Shown here: piece by piece, positions 1 to 13,360 of the stretch
Layout: each line of letters begins with the position of its first letter
How positions within the stretch are numbered: position 1 is the first letter of the stretch
DNA from: Vermamoeba vermiformis
Taxonomy: Eukaryota
DNA: 64,000 nucleotides
Direction of reading: 5' to 3'
NCBI GenBank assembly: GCA_045837725.1
Contig: JBEWZL010000178.1
Location: 124,001-188,000 of the forward strand
Notes under the pieces: model-generated
Database searches by the model: none
The model's input: the letters and a program-made list of their open reading frames with translations, nothing else
What the model was told of the DNA's origin: nothing
Made by a program: the position numbers and the translations under genes

Positions 1-1185
1 CTTGTTGTCTTCTCCCAATGAAGAAGTTAGAGAACAAGCCGTCTGGGCTTTGGGTAACATTGCTGGTGACTCAGCTGCTGTAAGTACTATTCTACAAATT
101 TTATGATTTTTCTTTCCGATCCACATCCAAGATCCTTTCGTCATTACAAATTGTTCAACGATTTCAACATTGATTTCTAACATTGTACTCAGTACCGTGA
201 CTACGTTTTGGCCAACAAGATTATGCCTCCTCTCTTGCAAAACTTGGTTGACTCGCACAAACTCTCCATGTTGCGCAACGCTACTTGGACTTTGAGCAAC
301 TTGTGCCGTGGCAAGCCTCAACCCAAATGGGAAATCGTCTCTCAATCTTTGCCCACCCTTGCTCGTTTGATCTACAGCACTGACGAAGAAGTCTTGACTG
401 ACGCCTGCTGGGCTTTGTCATACCTCTCTGACGGTCCCAACGATCGCATCCAACAAGTCATCGACTCTGGTGTTTGCCGCCGCTTGGTCGAGTTGTTGAT
501 GCACGGTTCTTTCGCCGTTCAAACCCCTGCTCTTCGTACCATTGGTAACATCGTCACTGGTGATGACACACAAACTCAATTCGTGCTCAACATTGGCATC
601 TTGCCTTGCTTGCACTCTCTCTTGTCTAGCCCCAAGAAGGGTATCCGAAAGGAGGCTTGCTGGACGATCTCCAACATCACTGCTGGCAACAGCGCTCAAA
701 TTCAAACCATCGTCGAGGCTGACATCTTCCCTCCTTTGATCCACTTGCTCGGCAGCGCTGAGTTCGATATTAAGAAGGAAGCTGCTTGGGCCATCTCCAA
801 CGCTACTTCTGGTGGTAGCCCGGATCAACTGCGCTACTTGGTTGCTCACGGCATCGTCAAGCCATTGTGCGATCTGTTGGAGTTCCCCGACCCCAAGATC
901 ATTATGGTCGCTTTGGAAGGCTTGGAGAACTTGCTGCGCATTGGTCCTAAGGGTCCTGGCAATGAGGTCGCCACTCAAATCGACGAGCACGGTGGTGTTC
1001 AAAAGCTCGAAGCTTTGCAACGTCACCAAGCCAACGAAATTTACGAGAAGTCGCTCAAGATCCTGGAAACTTACTTCGAAGCCGAGGACGACGATCAAAA
1101 CATCGCCCCGAACGTCAACGTCAACACTCAAACCTACGCTTTTGGTCACAACCCTAACGTGCCCAACACCTTCCAATTCCATTAA
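1..1185 (+). CDS. KPNA: Importin alpha (karyopherin alpha), 5'-truncated by the window edge
   Basis: ARM-repeat motifs [53 protein letters not shown]; intron 80..192 (GT-AG). Confidence 0.97.
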
Positions 1186-1699
1186 GCGATCTACAGATCC
1201 GGCGCGAAGAAAACAATATTTATTCATCAGTTCTAAGCGCTTGGTCGTTTGCCCGACCATTGGTCAACGCAGAATCAATCGTTAATCACCATCTACATAC
1301 ACCCCTGATTGTGCCAGTTCAACTCATCTAAATCCACATCCACCCAACAACCCAACTTCATGTGAATAGTTTGGATCAAGCCCGATTCGTTTGTAACGTG
1401 TCGGTATTGATTGGCTTTTATTTCGAACTTCAAATATTATTATTGCAAGCGAACTTTTGTAAACTTTTACCCAACCTTATCCAAACCCAACCCAATCCTT
1501 TCTCAACATTTGATCGGTCAAGTTTCCAACAATTTTGTCAAAAATAAACTTGAAACTTAATTCAAAACAACCACGAACTTCTTCGTTATAACTTAAACTT
1601 GCAAAATGCGGATCGAACAAGTTGAAAAGAATTCAATGCGGTTTTTTAGCACTTATACTTCACTAACGTTGTCTTTCGGCCCGTATTATGGATGGACTA

Positions 1700-3094
1700 C
1701 TAGCTTTTATTGAACTGTCCTCTCGATAAGTACACTCCAAGAGCAGCAATAGCTAACATGACGATCGTTTTTTTGTACTCCATTGCCCGACTAAAAACAG
1801 ATGCAACCATCCACAGAATTCCTGTTTGCATGCGGTGTTCGAACGGACCGGCAAATTTAGCTACGTTGTTTAAGAGTTCGCTGGTCATGCTTAACGACAG
1901 ACCCCACATCTGATAATCAAGCACAACTTTTTCTTCAACTCCATTCGGAAAATGTTCATCGTCCCGAGGCAACATAATACTGAAAACGAGCAAGTTAGAA
2001 TAAACTATCGAAGTTTAAAAGACTGGATCCAGATCAACTTTTAGATCGAGTAACACTGGATCTCGTAAGTGAAAAGGTATTGTATTACTGTGCATACCTA
2101 GGAAAGTGTGCCGAATCACCGTAAAATTTCTTCAAAATTGCAATGAACACGGCAAAAGTTTTGTAAATGCCGATCAGACCCGTCAAAGGGTACTTCAATA
2201 TGCGATGTTCAGGGTTCTTAAAGTATCCTATGGACACCCAACGACATGAATGTACTTCACTATGTTGTAAATTCACTGGCTCGTTCATCCACGTCAGCTG
2301 TAAGAAGACTGAGCGGATCCAAAAAAATAAATTAGATATTACGCATCAATAGAGGAGATAATCGATGGTAAAGAAAACGTACCAAAGCACGATACGACCA
2401 TGTTGTTCTTTCGTACGCGTGATGTCTCTCTGTCGCTGATCCGGCCCAGCAACAAAAATTTATTTCTAAATTATTCAACGTTAATAATTGGCTCACTGTA
2501 TAAATAAAAGGTTAAATATACATACTTATTAGTCAAATCGAGGCCAACTTCTTCGAGTGTCTCGCGCATAGCATTTTCTTCGGCAGTTTCATTTGGTTCT
2601 CTTTTTCCGCCCGGAAAAGCAACCTAGGTTTGTATTTATTAATAATATATATTAATATAAAGATATTATCATTACGTACATGTCCGCTCCATTTATCTGT
2701 TGGGCGTGTAGTTCGTTTTATGTACAGCAATTGGGCGTGCCCTGTCTGAACCCATTCCTCTAAAAATTCATATTAAATAAGCTTTGTATATTTTCAGTGA
2801 TATTATTCGTTATATTGGGAACTTGGAAAGGACCCAGAAGCGGGATATTATTTTTAATTATTGTTCTAATTAACGCAGTATTTACTTACGCTGTAAAAAC
2901 TCCTCTATAATTTCTTCACGTGTTTTGTGGTCTGTATTAATTATTTTGTATTTTTTCAGAGCGTCGTAGCCGGATTTCGGTTTGACCCGCAAGATCAACG
3001 CTACAGCCGCACGTCTACCGGTCCATTCTTCGAATAACTTTGGTTTGTATATCGGTAAGTTAGAAATGACCGATTTAAGGAAATCATAGTCCAT
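1700..3094 (-). CDS. Nudix hydrolase, CoA-diphosphatase-like (NUDT7/8/PCD1 type), with C-terminal hydrophobic segments; multi-exon
   Basis: Spliced translation gives RRAAVALIL, WSGHVAFPGG, Nudix box GGKREPNETAEENAMRETLEEVGL and MWGLS near the C-terminus. Confidence 0.85.
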
Positions 3095-3608
3095 TTGTAT
3101 TCGCTTGGAAAAACTGGATAAAATTCGAACTGTCAGCGGAGGTTGATTTGTGCGGTTCGAACCTTTTAAGGTGCTGCAAGCGTATCTAGCATATGAATAC
3201 TTTCAGACTCCAATATTTCATCGGACCTAAGCATTCTATGGCTGGGATCCCTTTTTACAACTCACTTTGCGATGGGTTAGCAGCACAATATTCGCTAATT
3301 TATCATTGTTATTGTACTTTTCAAGCGGAAGGTCATAATATTTATCTCTTAATTCCTCATAGTCGGTAGATCTCATTCGTTGTTGATAAATCGATGTCAA
3401 TATTTAAATGATGCCTTCAATTCTTGATAGGCGAGTAAGCGACAATAATATCTTATTACATATGGAGATATTTGTAACGCACTCATTACTATTCTAAATC
3501 ATCACCTGTCAATTTCGAGTGTCAAATAACGGACAAGACAGAAATTGAGCAGAAACGCATTTCTAACATTTATTTTGGCTGCACGTCCACATATAATCAC
3601 AAAATAAT

Positions 3609-6600
3609 ATGACGGAACAAAGAAGCGGCTTTTCTAGGCTGGGATTGGCCTTGAATAGCAAACCCGTTATTATTTTGCTTTTTATTGGATTGTGGATGAA
3701 TTGCATGGCTGCACCGCCGAAAATTACCGATTTTACATATAGATTCAAGCAATTAGAGTTGATAGACACCGTTTTGGACGCAATTACGGTCACGGCGAAA
3801 TTCGATCAAGAAGTATTTCATAATGTAACGTGCAGCGACCCGTCGGAACAAGAGCCTGCTATATTCAGCCCATGTTGTATATATAACAACGTTACTGGCT
3901 GCGTAAACAGTGGTTACAACAAAGTTCAATGCATGGATTATGCTCATCCGAGCCTCAACAACAGCATTGTTTACGACCAGTATATTTACTACTACGCACA
4001 CGTAGAGAACTACGCAACATGCCATTCAGTAACAATAGAAAATCACGCCAGCATAGGTAATGTAATCAACGGCTCTTGTATTTACGGATCCAAATACTTA
4101 AAAATTAATAACCGATTTAATTTTACACATGGTATTAAGCACTTCTAGTGCGATTGTATTTTAATAATTTAGCGCGGTAGTTGATTCTCCCAAACTAAAA
4201 TTAGCTATTATTTTTGTGTTCAATTTTTTTTAATAATCATACTCAAGGAGGCCTAAATCAAGCTTCTTCCGACCTAAAATTCGAGTATAATGTTTCAATT
4301 AGATTCTCCAGTTTTGCAAAGAATATTTACCGTGGCCAATCGCGTGCGGTGAACACCCAATTGAAGTATGATTTTTAATTGATTTAATTTGGCTAGGGTT
4401 GGGCTACTTGATGGTATCAGTGCGAGGAGATGAAGCAACGGTGTACAATACTGCGGATTTTTTGGGTCTGACTTACGGAGGTGCAGCGCTTCCTATGTGT
4501 TGTAGCGAAATCCGTCGCAGAAACCCGAGTTGGACTGGTGATCTTTATTTTGGCGTAATTGGAAGCGCACCGTCAATAGTAGATGTCAGACTATGGAGTA
4601 AGCCCGATAATCCTTGCGAGAATTTTGCTTGGCGGAATTTCAAACGATCCTCGAAAAGATCTCGCTTGCTTCAATCAATTTTGACCGTTATTAACACGTC
4701 ATTTCATTTAGACGATACCAAATTGCCTATTGATAGGTTTTGGCATCAACGTAAGTATATTGACAACATTGCTACCTCGAAAATTATTGCTGATTCGATT
4801 GTTTATTCTAAAAATAGCTCCTGTCACTGTCTCGTGCGATGGTTACCAATTTGGCGTAAAAGATTGCTTGAATAATGTTGGCTGCTTTTTTACTCCTCCT
4901 ACGGTTGACCCTTTGTTTGATCTGGCGAAATTAATCAGGTACTAAAAATTGTTCATTATTCACTGAACCGCTTATTCACTGAAAATCTTGTAGTGCAATC
5001 GAAGGTTTTAATATAATTCCATTACAACATTCAGTTGCTATTATTACAAGACAAGTTCAGTACCGCAATCTTGAGGTAACGTTTTATTTCAGATAAAATT
5101 CAGAAGTATTTGTTAATAGTTTACTCTATAGAACGCAAACGTAGTATTTCCGTTCCCTATTGCCCGATTACAAGATTCAAGCTGCAAATATTCATTCCCG
5201 ACGTTGGTGAATAGTGCAGGAGAAGTGGTTGAAAGCGTTGGTCCTCCAACTTTCAAACGGATTGAATGTAACAAGGACGCATATGTCAATAATGTAGAGC
5301 GTAAGTACATACCAATAATATGCATAATAATCCTTATTAATGCTTTTTGAACAATTTTCAGTGTTCCGAAAGTACGTCGATAATTTGGGTCAGACACAAA
5401 CGGTCACATTTGCAGACGCAGGTGTTGCGTTATTAAAGGTATAGTACCACCAATGTATTAAAGGTACCTAGCGGTAATAATATTAATCAATTAGGTTCTA
5501 CCTTTTGTCGTGGCTGATGCGTGGGTCGCGTGCAATGAGCTTGTCAAAGCTGATTTTCTGAAGCAATCCACGGAACAAGTGAACATCCTTCAAACAACAA
5601 ATTGCTACGAAACATTTGCGTCTGAGACTTATTTGAACGATTCGTGTTGTAATCCCGAGTACGTATAACGCAACCATAACTACAGTCAAGCTAACTTGCC
5701 CCTTCAGTATGCAATTGATCGAATGTTGTGCTGCACGTGATGTTGTGGCCAGTGCTGACAAGTACGAGATCATTTCAGACAACGTCCAAGCAGCTTGTTC
5801 TGCGTACCGTTGCTCTCTCGTAAGTACACACACGTGAATGAATTTGACACGTGTCAAAGTGTCACTTTTAACACGGCTAATAGAATAACCTTGGCGACTA
5901 CATGGTGTTATCTGCTTCGTCTGCTGATCGAAGATCTGGCTGTGCCACTCGCAGTACTGAGGTCAGTCAAATCCATTTGCTACGATTGTTTTTTCTGACA
6001 CCCGTTACTTAGGCGACCAATGCAATCTTCACTTCGAGAAACGGACTTTTTGCTTGCATTCAGAATTTCAATCCTCAATATTGCAATTATGAGTACGTTT
6101 AGTCCATTAGATCTCACAAATCGATAACTAATTGCATTTTTGTAGTGTCCAATGTCGATCTACTGACATACGCTCAGTGTGCCTGCCTTCGCATTACTGC
6201 TCAATTCCATGCTCAACAGATTACGACTGCATCACTGGCTCGTGTACAACTTTCCCGTACACGAATGTTTCGACGTGTCAAACTCTTTCAACGGACCAAC
6301 TCGCTTCACTAAACGATACCAGTTTGATGGACCTTGGGTTGAAGGTAACACATAGGTTAATTAAATAGACCAAACAAATTATAATGGTCCTTTCGTAGTG
6401 TATGGAGCTAAACTTGGACGAAATTATTTTGTTTTTCATTAAACAAAACCAAGGCTTACCAGGTAAGATTTAACTTACATAATGATTATCTGTTGCTCAT
6501 TCGATCCTAGTGACTGCTACGCGTGATGAGTTGATCAGTGCTTTAATTGCAAATGGCACCGACCCGCAATGTCAAGGCATTGCTCCTGCTGACACCGAAG

Positions 6601-9600
6601 AAGCATGTAAAGCGGTTCAGACTTGCAATTGGATGCCTTGTGACTCGACGACTAATCCATACTGTAACGCGCGTAAGTGTCACTTGTCAAAATGTCAAAG
6701 TGTCACAAAGTTAACTTCTTCTAACAGAAAATTGTACAACGCCGTTACTTGGCTCAAACAATTTCTGTGCCACTTGTGAAGCTGGATTTTGCATTGAAGT
6801 ACGTTAGTTAATGATAACATGCTGGGTTACAATTCTGAAATTTCGTCAGGTCTCAACATTTGGTCACTGTGAATACACCAGCTTGAACTTAAACCCCTCG
6901 GATTGTGCTAGTGTTGGCGGCTCATTCAACGGCCTTGCTTATGCGCCATTCGTCAAGACCCGCTGTTTAGCTCCAGCCTTGACTCAAGACACCTGTTACG
7001 ACCCCCAATACTGCAGTTCGTCAACGGTATGTTATCGACAAGCTACTGCCAAACAATTATTAATGTGATCTACCAGGCTGCTTGTGACAGCAAGTGTTAT
7101 GTGTCGGGAGTTACAAGTCAAACACAGTGCAATACAGTAGGACAAATCAACGGTCAAACACCGTCGTGGAGTTCTTGGACAAGAGGCAGCACTTCATATG
7201 GCTTGTGCACGGTCTCCTATACTTCTTATTCGTCGTGCACAACAGCGGATAGTCGATTGAGATACTGGCCTGGCAGCACGTGGGCCAGTGAACTGTTCAA
7301 CACGCAGGACTTTTGTGAGTCTTTTGGCCGATGTGACACGTTGACAGGACTGTACAACAAGCAAACTTGCGAAGCTCTGTCTCATTGTGTTGGCAATGAC
7401 GCGTTAACGACACAAGAAAGTTGTGAGGCACCTGGCTCTTGCAACGACTTTGACGGCTGTGTTTTCCCGTTACGAGAAAATTCTTTGGACTGCGAGCTCC
7501 CGTACTTCTGGACTCCGATTGGATGCTTGAGCTACGCACATGACACGCCGGCATTGTGCTCTGCTGCGAACGGGTATGTTTCACTGAACTAAACAACTTT
7601 CGTAAGAATCAATTTCCTAATTTGGTAATAATCTAGCACGTGGGCGACGAGGTCTACTACTAAAGCGGAGTGCTTGGCAAAAGTGTCAATTTGTTTCGAA
7701 CCACCCTCATCAGGATTGTTAGCTAATCGCCCGAGAATCGGTGCTCAAACTCCGATAGATTACACGTTCAAATCTCCTGAAGAATGTACGGCATGCAACG
7801 GTGTACCTGGAAATTTCTATTCGTGGAGGCAACAGTATTATTGGGCTCCCAGACAGTTCTCAAATTTCCAATGGAAGACACGAGAAATGATTCCTGCCAA
7901 CTTTTGGATTCGTGCACCGAGCTCGCCGTACTTTTATGCCATAGTTCAAGCTGCAGTCGGTCAAAGATTTGCAAAGATTCTTGAGTCGGAACAACTCTGT
8001 CGGTACGCACCTTAATATATTTTTTTGTCCTAAGATTGACACGTGTCAAAAGCGAACTCTGACTGACTTGTTGACACTTTAAACTAATTTGCAATGTTTG
8101 CAGATACGCACAAATCCAAGCTTCGCTCCAAGGCATAGTTTGTGATTGTACGAACAGTGGCTCAAATGATTGTTACGACGGCTTCTCTTCGTCAGTAGTA
8201 GCACTAGCAGCCTTCTGCTCGGGCGTTCAAGACTCGTTCAGCGAAGGCCTTGTGTCTCTCAGCTGTGCCAGCGACCTTCGCGTACAAGACACAGACTGCT
8301 TGGACATCAAAATCTCCGTCATTCCGATTTCACAGTTCGAGTCTCGTGGTGTGTCTTCGATTAGCGCAGCTTCAATCTCGTCATCAAGAGCCGATCAACG
8401 TCGTTCTGTAAGTTTTAACTTTATGTATCCGCCGAGCACGTTCTAAGAAACAAAAATTTTTCAGGCTTTGTACATTAAGAACAGTGCCGGAGTTGCCGTT
8501 GGAAAAGTGTTGAGCAGTGGTTCAAAAGTCGAAACAGACCGTTCTTTTACTGGAAATATCACCGTCTGTCTTACGTTCCCTTCGGTAAGACTGTCATTGC
8601 TGAACCGAAGTTTTGAACGAATTTGCTGATTTCCTTTTTAGGACTTCACCTCGGACTTGCCTTTGCAATTATACGACTACGCAGTGCCTAACGAGGATTA
8701 CACGCAGTTTGTACCGCTTGGCTGGACAGACCGCGTGAAACCTAACGGAACTGTCTGCTTTGAATTGAATAATAATTCACTGACCTACTTCCCGATTGGT
8801 CTGCAAGAAAACTGGGAGAACGCACCATTCATCACTACGTACTTCCCTGCAGAGATATTTTATCTCTTCTTTGGCGCGTTCATGTACTTGCTCGTGTTGG
8901 CCTTTACCATGTTCCACTTCATTTATCACATCCGCATGCGAGAGCTTGGCAGACCCTTCTTCAACTTGTCGACAACGGCGCTCTTGATATTGATCATTTT
9001 CTTGATGAGTAAGTGTCAACACAACTTGACACGTGTCAAATTTACGTGGATTTACTTTGACACGTTCGTTCAAACCCATCGAGCCTCGATTTACTAATAC
9101 GCTTATTTTATTATAGATCGCTTCGTGTACATGATGCTGATCGTTTCTGGTGTTATGGATAGCAACGGAGAAGTCGAAGTCGTTTTCTCATCGTTCCCTG
9201 CACTCCTGTTCTACGTCATTTATTCCATCATCGTATTAAGATGGTAAGTCGAGCAATATTAAAATTGGTAATAGGTCTCACCTACTATACTTAGGGCGGA
9301 AATTTATCACTTTACGATTGAAGCTGGTCAACGCGGAGGTCTGACAAAACTGAAGCCAGCAATTATTGCCATGAACGCGTTCCTCACACTTGCGTTCGCT
9401 TTGTTGCTGATCTTATATTATACTTTGGACGATCATACGCCACAAGTGATTAACTGTGCCACGCCTGATTCAGAACTCAATCAAATGACGCGCGGTGACA
9501 TTGTGGCTATTATCTACAAAGCCTTCTTTGCAGCTGTTTCGATCACTTTGTCGGCCTTGTTTGTCATCTATGGCGCTCGGTAAGTCACTTTAAATAGAAT

Positions 9601-10174
9601 AATTTCATATTATATTCGACCCTATAAAGGTTCTCGAGAAGCGAAATAAATCGCTCGGATCGAGCAAGATCCGGATCTTGAACTTACGCGTACATACTCT
9701 AGCCTTTACTAATATTCTTATAGTGTTATGAACCTCGTACTTAAGTCACTGAAGAGCGAGAACGTTCATTTGCAAAAACGTCAATCAAGAGTCAAAGCGT
9801 TCCAAAAGGTAAGTCCCAATGCAAAGATTTGAAAAAATAGCTAAAAAAAATCTGTACTGTTCTAATTGTATAATATTTTTTAGTTATTGGCAGTCTCATG
9901 TGTTTGTACGTTATGTTTATTAGCTCAAGCGGCGTTTTTGCTTTGGAGTTCAGTTAGTGTTGCCAGTACGGACGATCAGCAACAATTCTACGGCATTTTA
10001 TCGTTCCTTTACGCCACTGAAATTCCGTCGTCCATTATTTTCGTAATTATGTTCAAAAAGGCGTCGTTCTTTGTGAAAGCAGGCAAACATGGAAATCTCG
10101 CGGGAAGTACCGCTAGTACCTCTGCTCCCACGAATTCTTATCAACCGATGACTTCCATGAACTCTTCCACGTAA
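3609..10174 (+). CDS. Large Cys-rich ectodomain plus 7TM (TOM1/THH1/GPR137-like) receptor-like protein; many exons
   Basis: N-terminal hydrophobic signal, many Cys-rich exons, a C...TYFPI motif before TM1, seven hydrophobic helices including LLFYVIYSIIVLRWAEIYH. Confidence 0.75.
5843..5858. promoter_or_regulatory. Intronic palindrome TTTGACACGTGTCAAA (one of six TGACACGTGTCA sites)
   Basis: Perfect 16-bp palindrome inside intron 5820..5883; function inferred only. Confidence 0.5.
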
Positions 10175-10563
10175 AAGCGTTACTGTTCCGAATTAAACTA
10201 TTGTATTAATAAATTCTCTGTAATTCAAAATTCATTCTCGTAGATCTTGCAACGCCGTTAAGTGAGCGGTTCATAAGTCTTTCGTACTGCTTTTAAGATA
10301 TCAATTCAAAACTGCTCCAGTTGGTCCTATCTGTGACGTTCTTAGAAATGCAAATGAAGAGACCCACCCAACACGTAAGATCCAAGGATTGATGAATTGT
10401 AAACTTCCTTTGAATAAGTCAAATCTGAAGCCGATTCTATCGGAGAATCGTTCCGACCAATCAAATCGTTGCAATGCCAACTAATGATAAATTTGATAAA
10501 GTTAGAGCTGGATTTGTCGTGCGCAAAAAAGCTAGAACGACTATCATTTCGAATGTTGGATTT

Positions 10564-13112
10564 TTATTTAGTTGCACAGTCAAGCAAATTCTTAGTGTTC
10601 AAGTTGAAAATAACACAATAAATATCTTGTTTGCACATCTTGTCGCATTCAAACTGCTCACTGACCTTAGTGTACTTTATGTACTTTTCAAATGCCTTGC
10701 TTTGCACCTCACCATTCCCATTGATCTCTTTTGAAAATTGATCCAATAATTTACTCCAAGACTCTACGGAACTAAAATATGGATAAAAATTAGTTATTAG
10801 CCAAACAAATAAGGATTATTCCCGATTTATTAAAAACGGCACCCACAAAATTTATAAAAACTTTTGATTATTTTGAAGCGGTGGATCTATTATTAAATAC
10901 CCGCTAATCCTTTCGCTCTTGCAGGAGTTATTAGGACTATGGACCTGCCTACTAAATACGTAGCTATCGCACAACTTGTCATTTTTTAAAAGAAAAGTTT
11001 GTGCGTATCAAAATTATCAAAAAAAATTTGATACTTTATCGGTGGTATCATTTTTAGTAAACTGGGAACTACTATTATTATATATATGTACTTACAAATC
11101 TTGCAGTCCATAAGCCTGCACTGCATTGTACTCCAGTTTCCAGTCAATTCTTCCAAGTTGATTGGCTTTCGTCAAATTTGCAAAAAACTGATAATAGTTT
11201 ATGATCTAAATACGGTATAATTAGAACTAAAATATTGTATATTACTCATCATAGTATTAAAATTTACCGTTGAATCCGATGAATTGTATTTGAACAATCG
11301 CAATCCAGGATTATTTCCAGTATCGTTCGTCCAGCCGTTCTATTATGATGTTAATTATAAGGTTAATAAAAATACTATTTTTTAATTCTTACTCGCCAAG
11401 GCGTTAGACTAGGAGCAATATTCATAACGACTTCGAAATTTTTGGATGTGTTCGACTTGAAAAGTCTGAACGAGTCAACTATAACGGAATAACCATTAAT
11501 ATATAATACTTCATAATAAAATTATTATTTATCCATTAAATTTCTTACTGTGAGTGTGGCCGAAAATACATCCGGTAATAACGTCGTTGTACTGGCTAAT
11601 AATGTTCAATAGCTGGTCATTGTATATATCCCACAAATTCATATATTTAACGCTTTGTTCGTAACCACCTGGAGGTGAATGCCCAATAATATAGACCTAC
11701 AATAGAAACAATAGATGTTAGATCCGGATTTGGATCGGATGCTTCCGAAAAGGAATTTTCAGCTCAATTATAACACTTGTATGAGATAATAAAATATACT
11801 ATACCTTCTCGTTATTGTCTCTAGAGTATTGTAGCGTTTGTTGGAGCCATTTGAATTGATCTGCCGGATCTGATCCGTAATTCGTTGCGTTGAGATTTTC
11901 GGACAGCCATAATATAGTATTAAGCGATACTATTCTTAATTGCTTATTTGATCGTGTCAATTGACTATAATATCCTCCTGTATTCCAATTAACGTAATTA
12001 GCGAAATGAAATTAGATCTGGATCCGCACCGGATTATTTTCATACCTTTGAGAAATGTCTTTATCGATTCATTATTTAGCCAATGCTTCCATAATAGTGC
12101 CAGGTCAGTATATAACCAATAGGGCCCTATAATAATTCACGTTAGAAAAAATTAATTTTGCATCGAAAAATATCGTATTTGCAATTGAATTACATTGCAA
12201 AATTTTCATTTGCAGATTTAATTAATGACTTAAATATGTCCAAATAAGGAAAATATGCGATTGATTTGGATTTTCGCACGTACCTGGTCTCGCGTCATCA
12301 ACAGGAAAAACATCGTGATTACCGATCGATGGGAACACTTCCGTATTAGGAAATGCTTGTAGTAATAGGTTCGTAATATTTTTGTTACTATTTTCAATGA
12401 ATGAGCGGTTGACCATCGTCCAAAGATCATGCGGCGCTGAATCTCCTAAAAAAACAAATTTTCAAAATCCACTCCAGCCTCGTAAATATCAATTATAATA
12501 TGATATCAACCTTAATATAAGTACCTGTATATAATACAAAGTCTGTTGGAATTGTTTGCATGAAATTCAAAGCATTTTTTACGAGGGTGATCGGTGAGTC
12601 GCACGAAAAATCGCCGTAAAGACCAGCCTCTATATTATTAAATTTATAATTATAATAATTACGAGGTTGGTAAAGAATTCACGACGTACTTGGGCCATTC
12701 GGATCCTTCTGTATGTAATGACAATTTTCGCCCTGCGGTTTCAATGGATCTCCACCCTGTAACCAATTGAACCGTTTAATTACACCAATATATTTCTTTA
12801 ATACGTATACTAATATAGAAGCGCTGGATCTGCCATTGTTACTGTACACAGAAATGGAAATAAAAATTTAGTTTATTGAATTATTATTATTCGCCGACTG
12901 CGCATGAAAATTGCATACTATATGCTATATAAATTATTTGATATTTTAAAATGCGTTTTGATGCTTGCCTGAATGTAATCCGGATCCAGATGAATGTCCG
13001 CGAGGTGCCAAAACAATCCAGTAGGCTTACATACTATTAAACTCGTATATAATACAATAATATATAATAAATATACAAATAATGGAACCTTCGCCCTTGT
13101 TGTGGTCCTCAT
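10564..13112 (-). CDS. Acid sphingomyelinase-like metallophosphodiesterase (SMPDL3-like); multi-exon
   Basis: Signal peptide; FWHLADIHLDPDY, GDFSCDSP, TGDSAPHD, GNHDVFP, IGHSPPG, FGHTH, NNPGLRLF. Confidence 0.92.
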
Positions 13113-13360
13113 TTCAAATCTAAAAAAAAAACTATCACGCGACTTTAACACAGTTGCAGCCGTTTGTCCGGACCGCTCTACATGATACTTATCATAGCGA
13201 TATTAACAACTTAATTCGCGCCTTATCCTTCAAAACACTCGAGGTAGGGAATCTGCGTCTCCCTAAAATTTGCCGCCAAAAATCTAATTCGTTAGTCTCC
13301 TCGTTTTATTTTTATTGATGAAGAGACCTCGTAGGTGACAAGTATATTATTAAATAGTCC

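Noticed and set aside
418-1260. 280-aa antisense ORF (likewise 24949..25515, 38106..38714 and the same-strand alternate-frame ORF 39905..40675)
   Set aside because: Shadow or alternate-frame ORFs of strongly codon-biased or low-complexity real genes.
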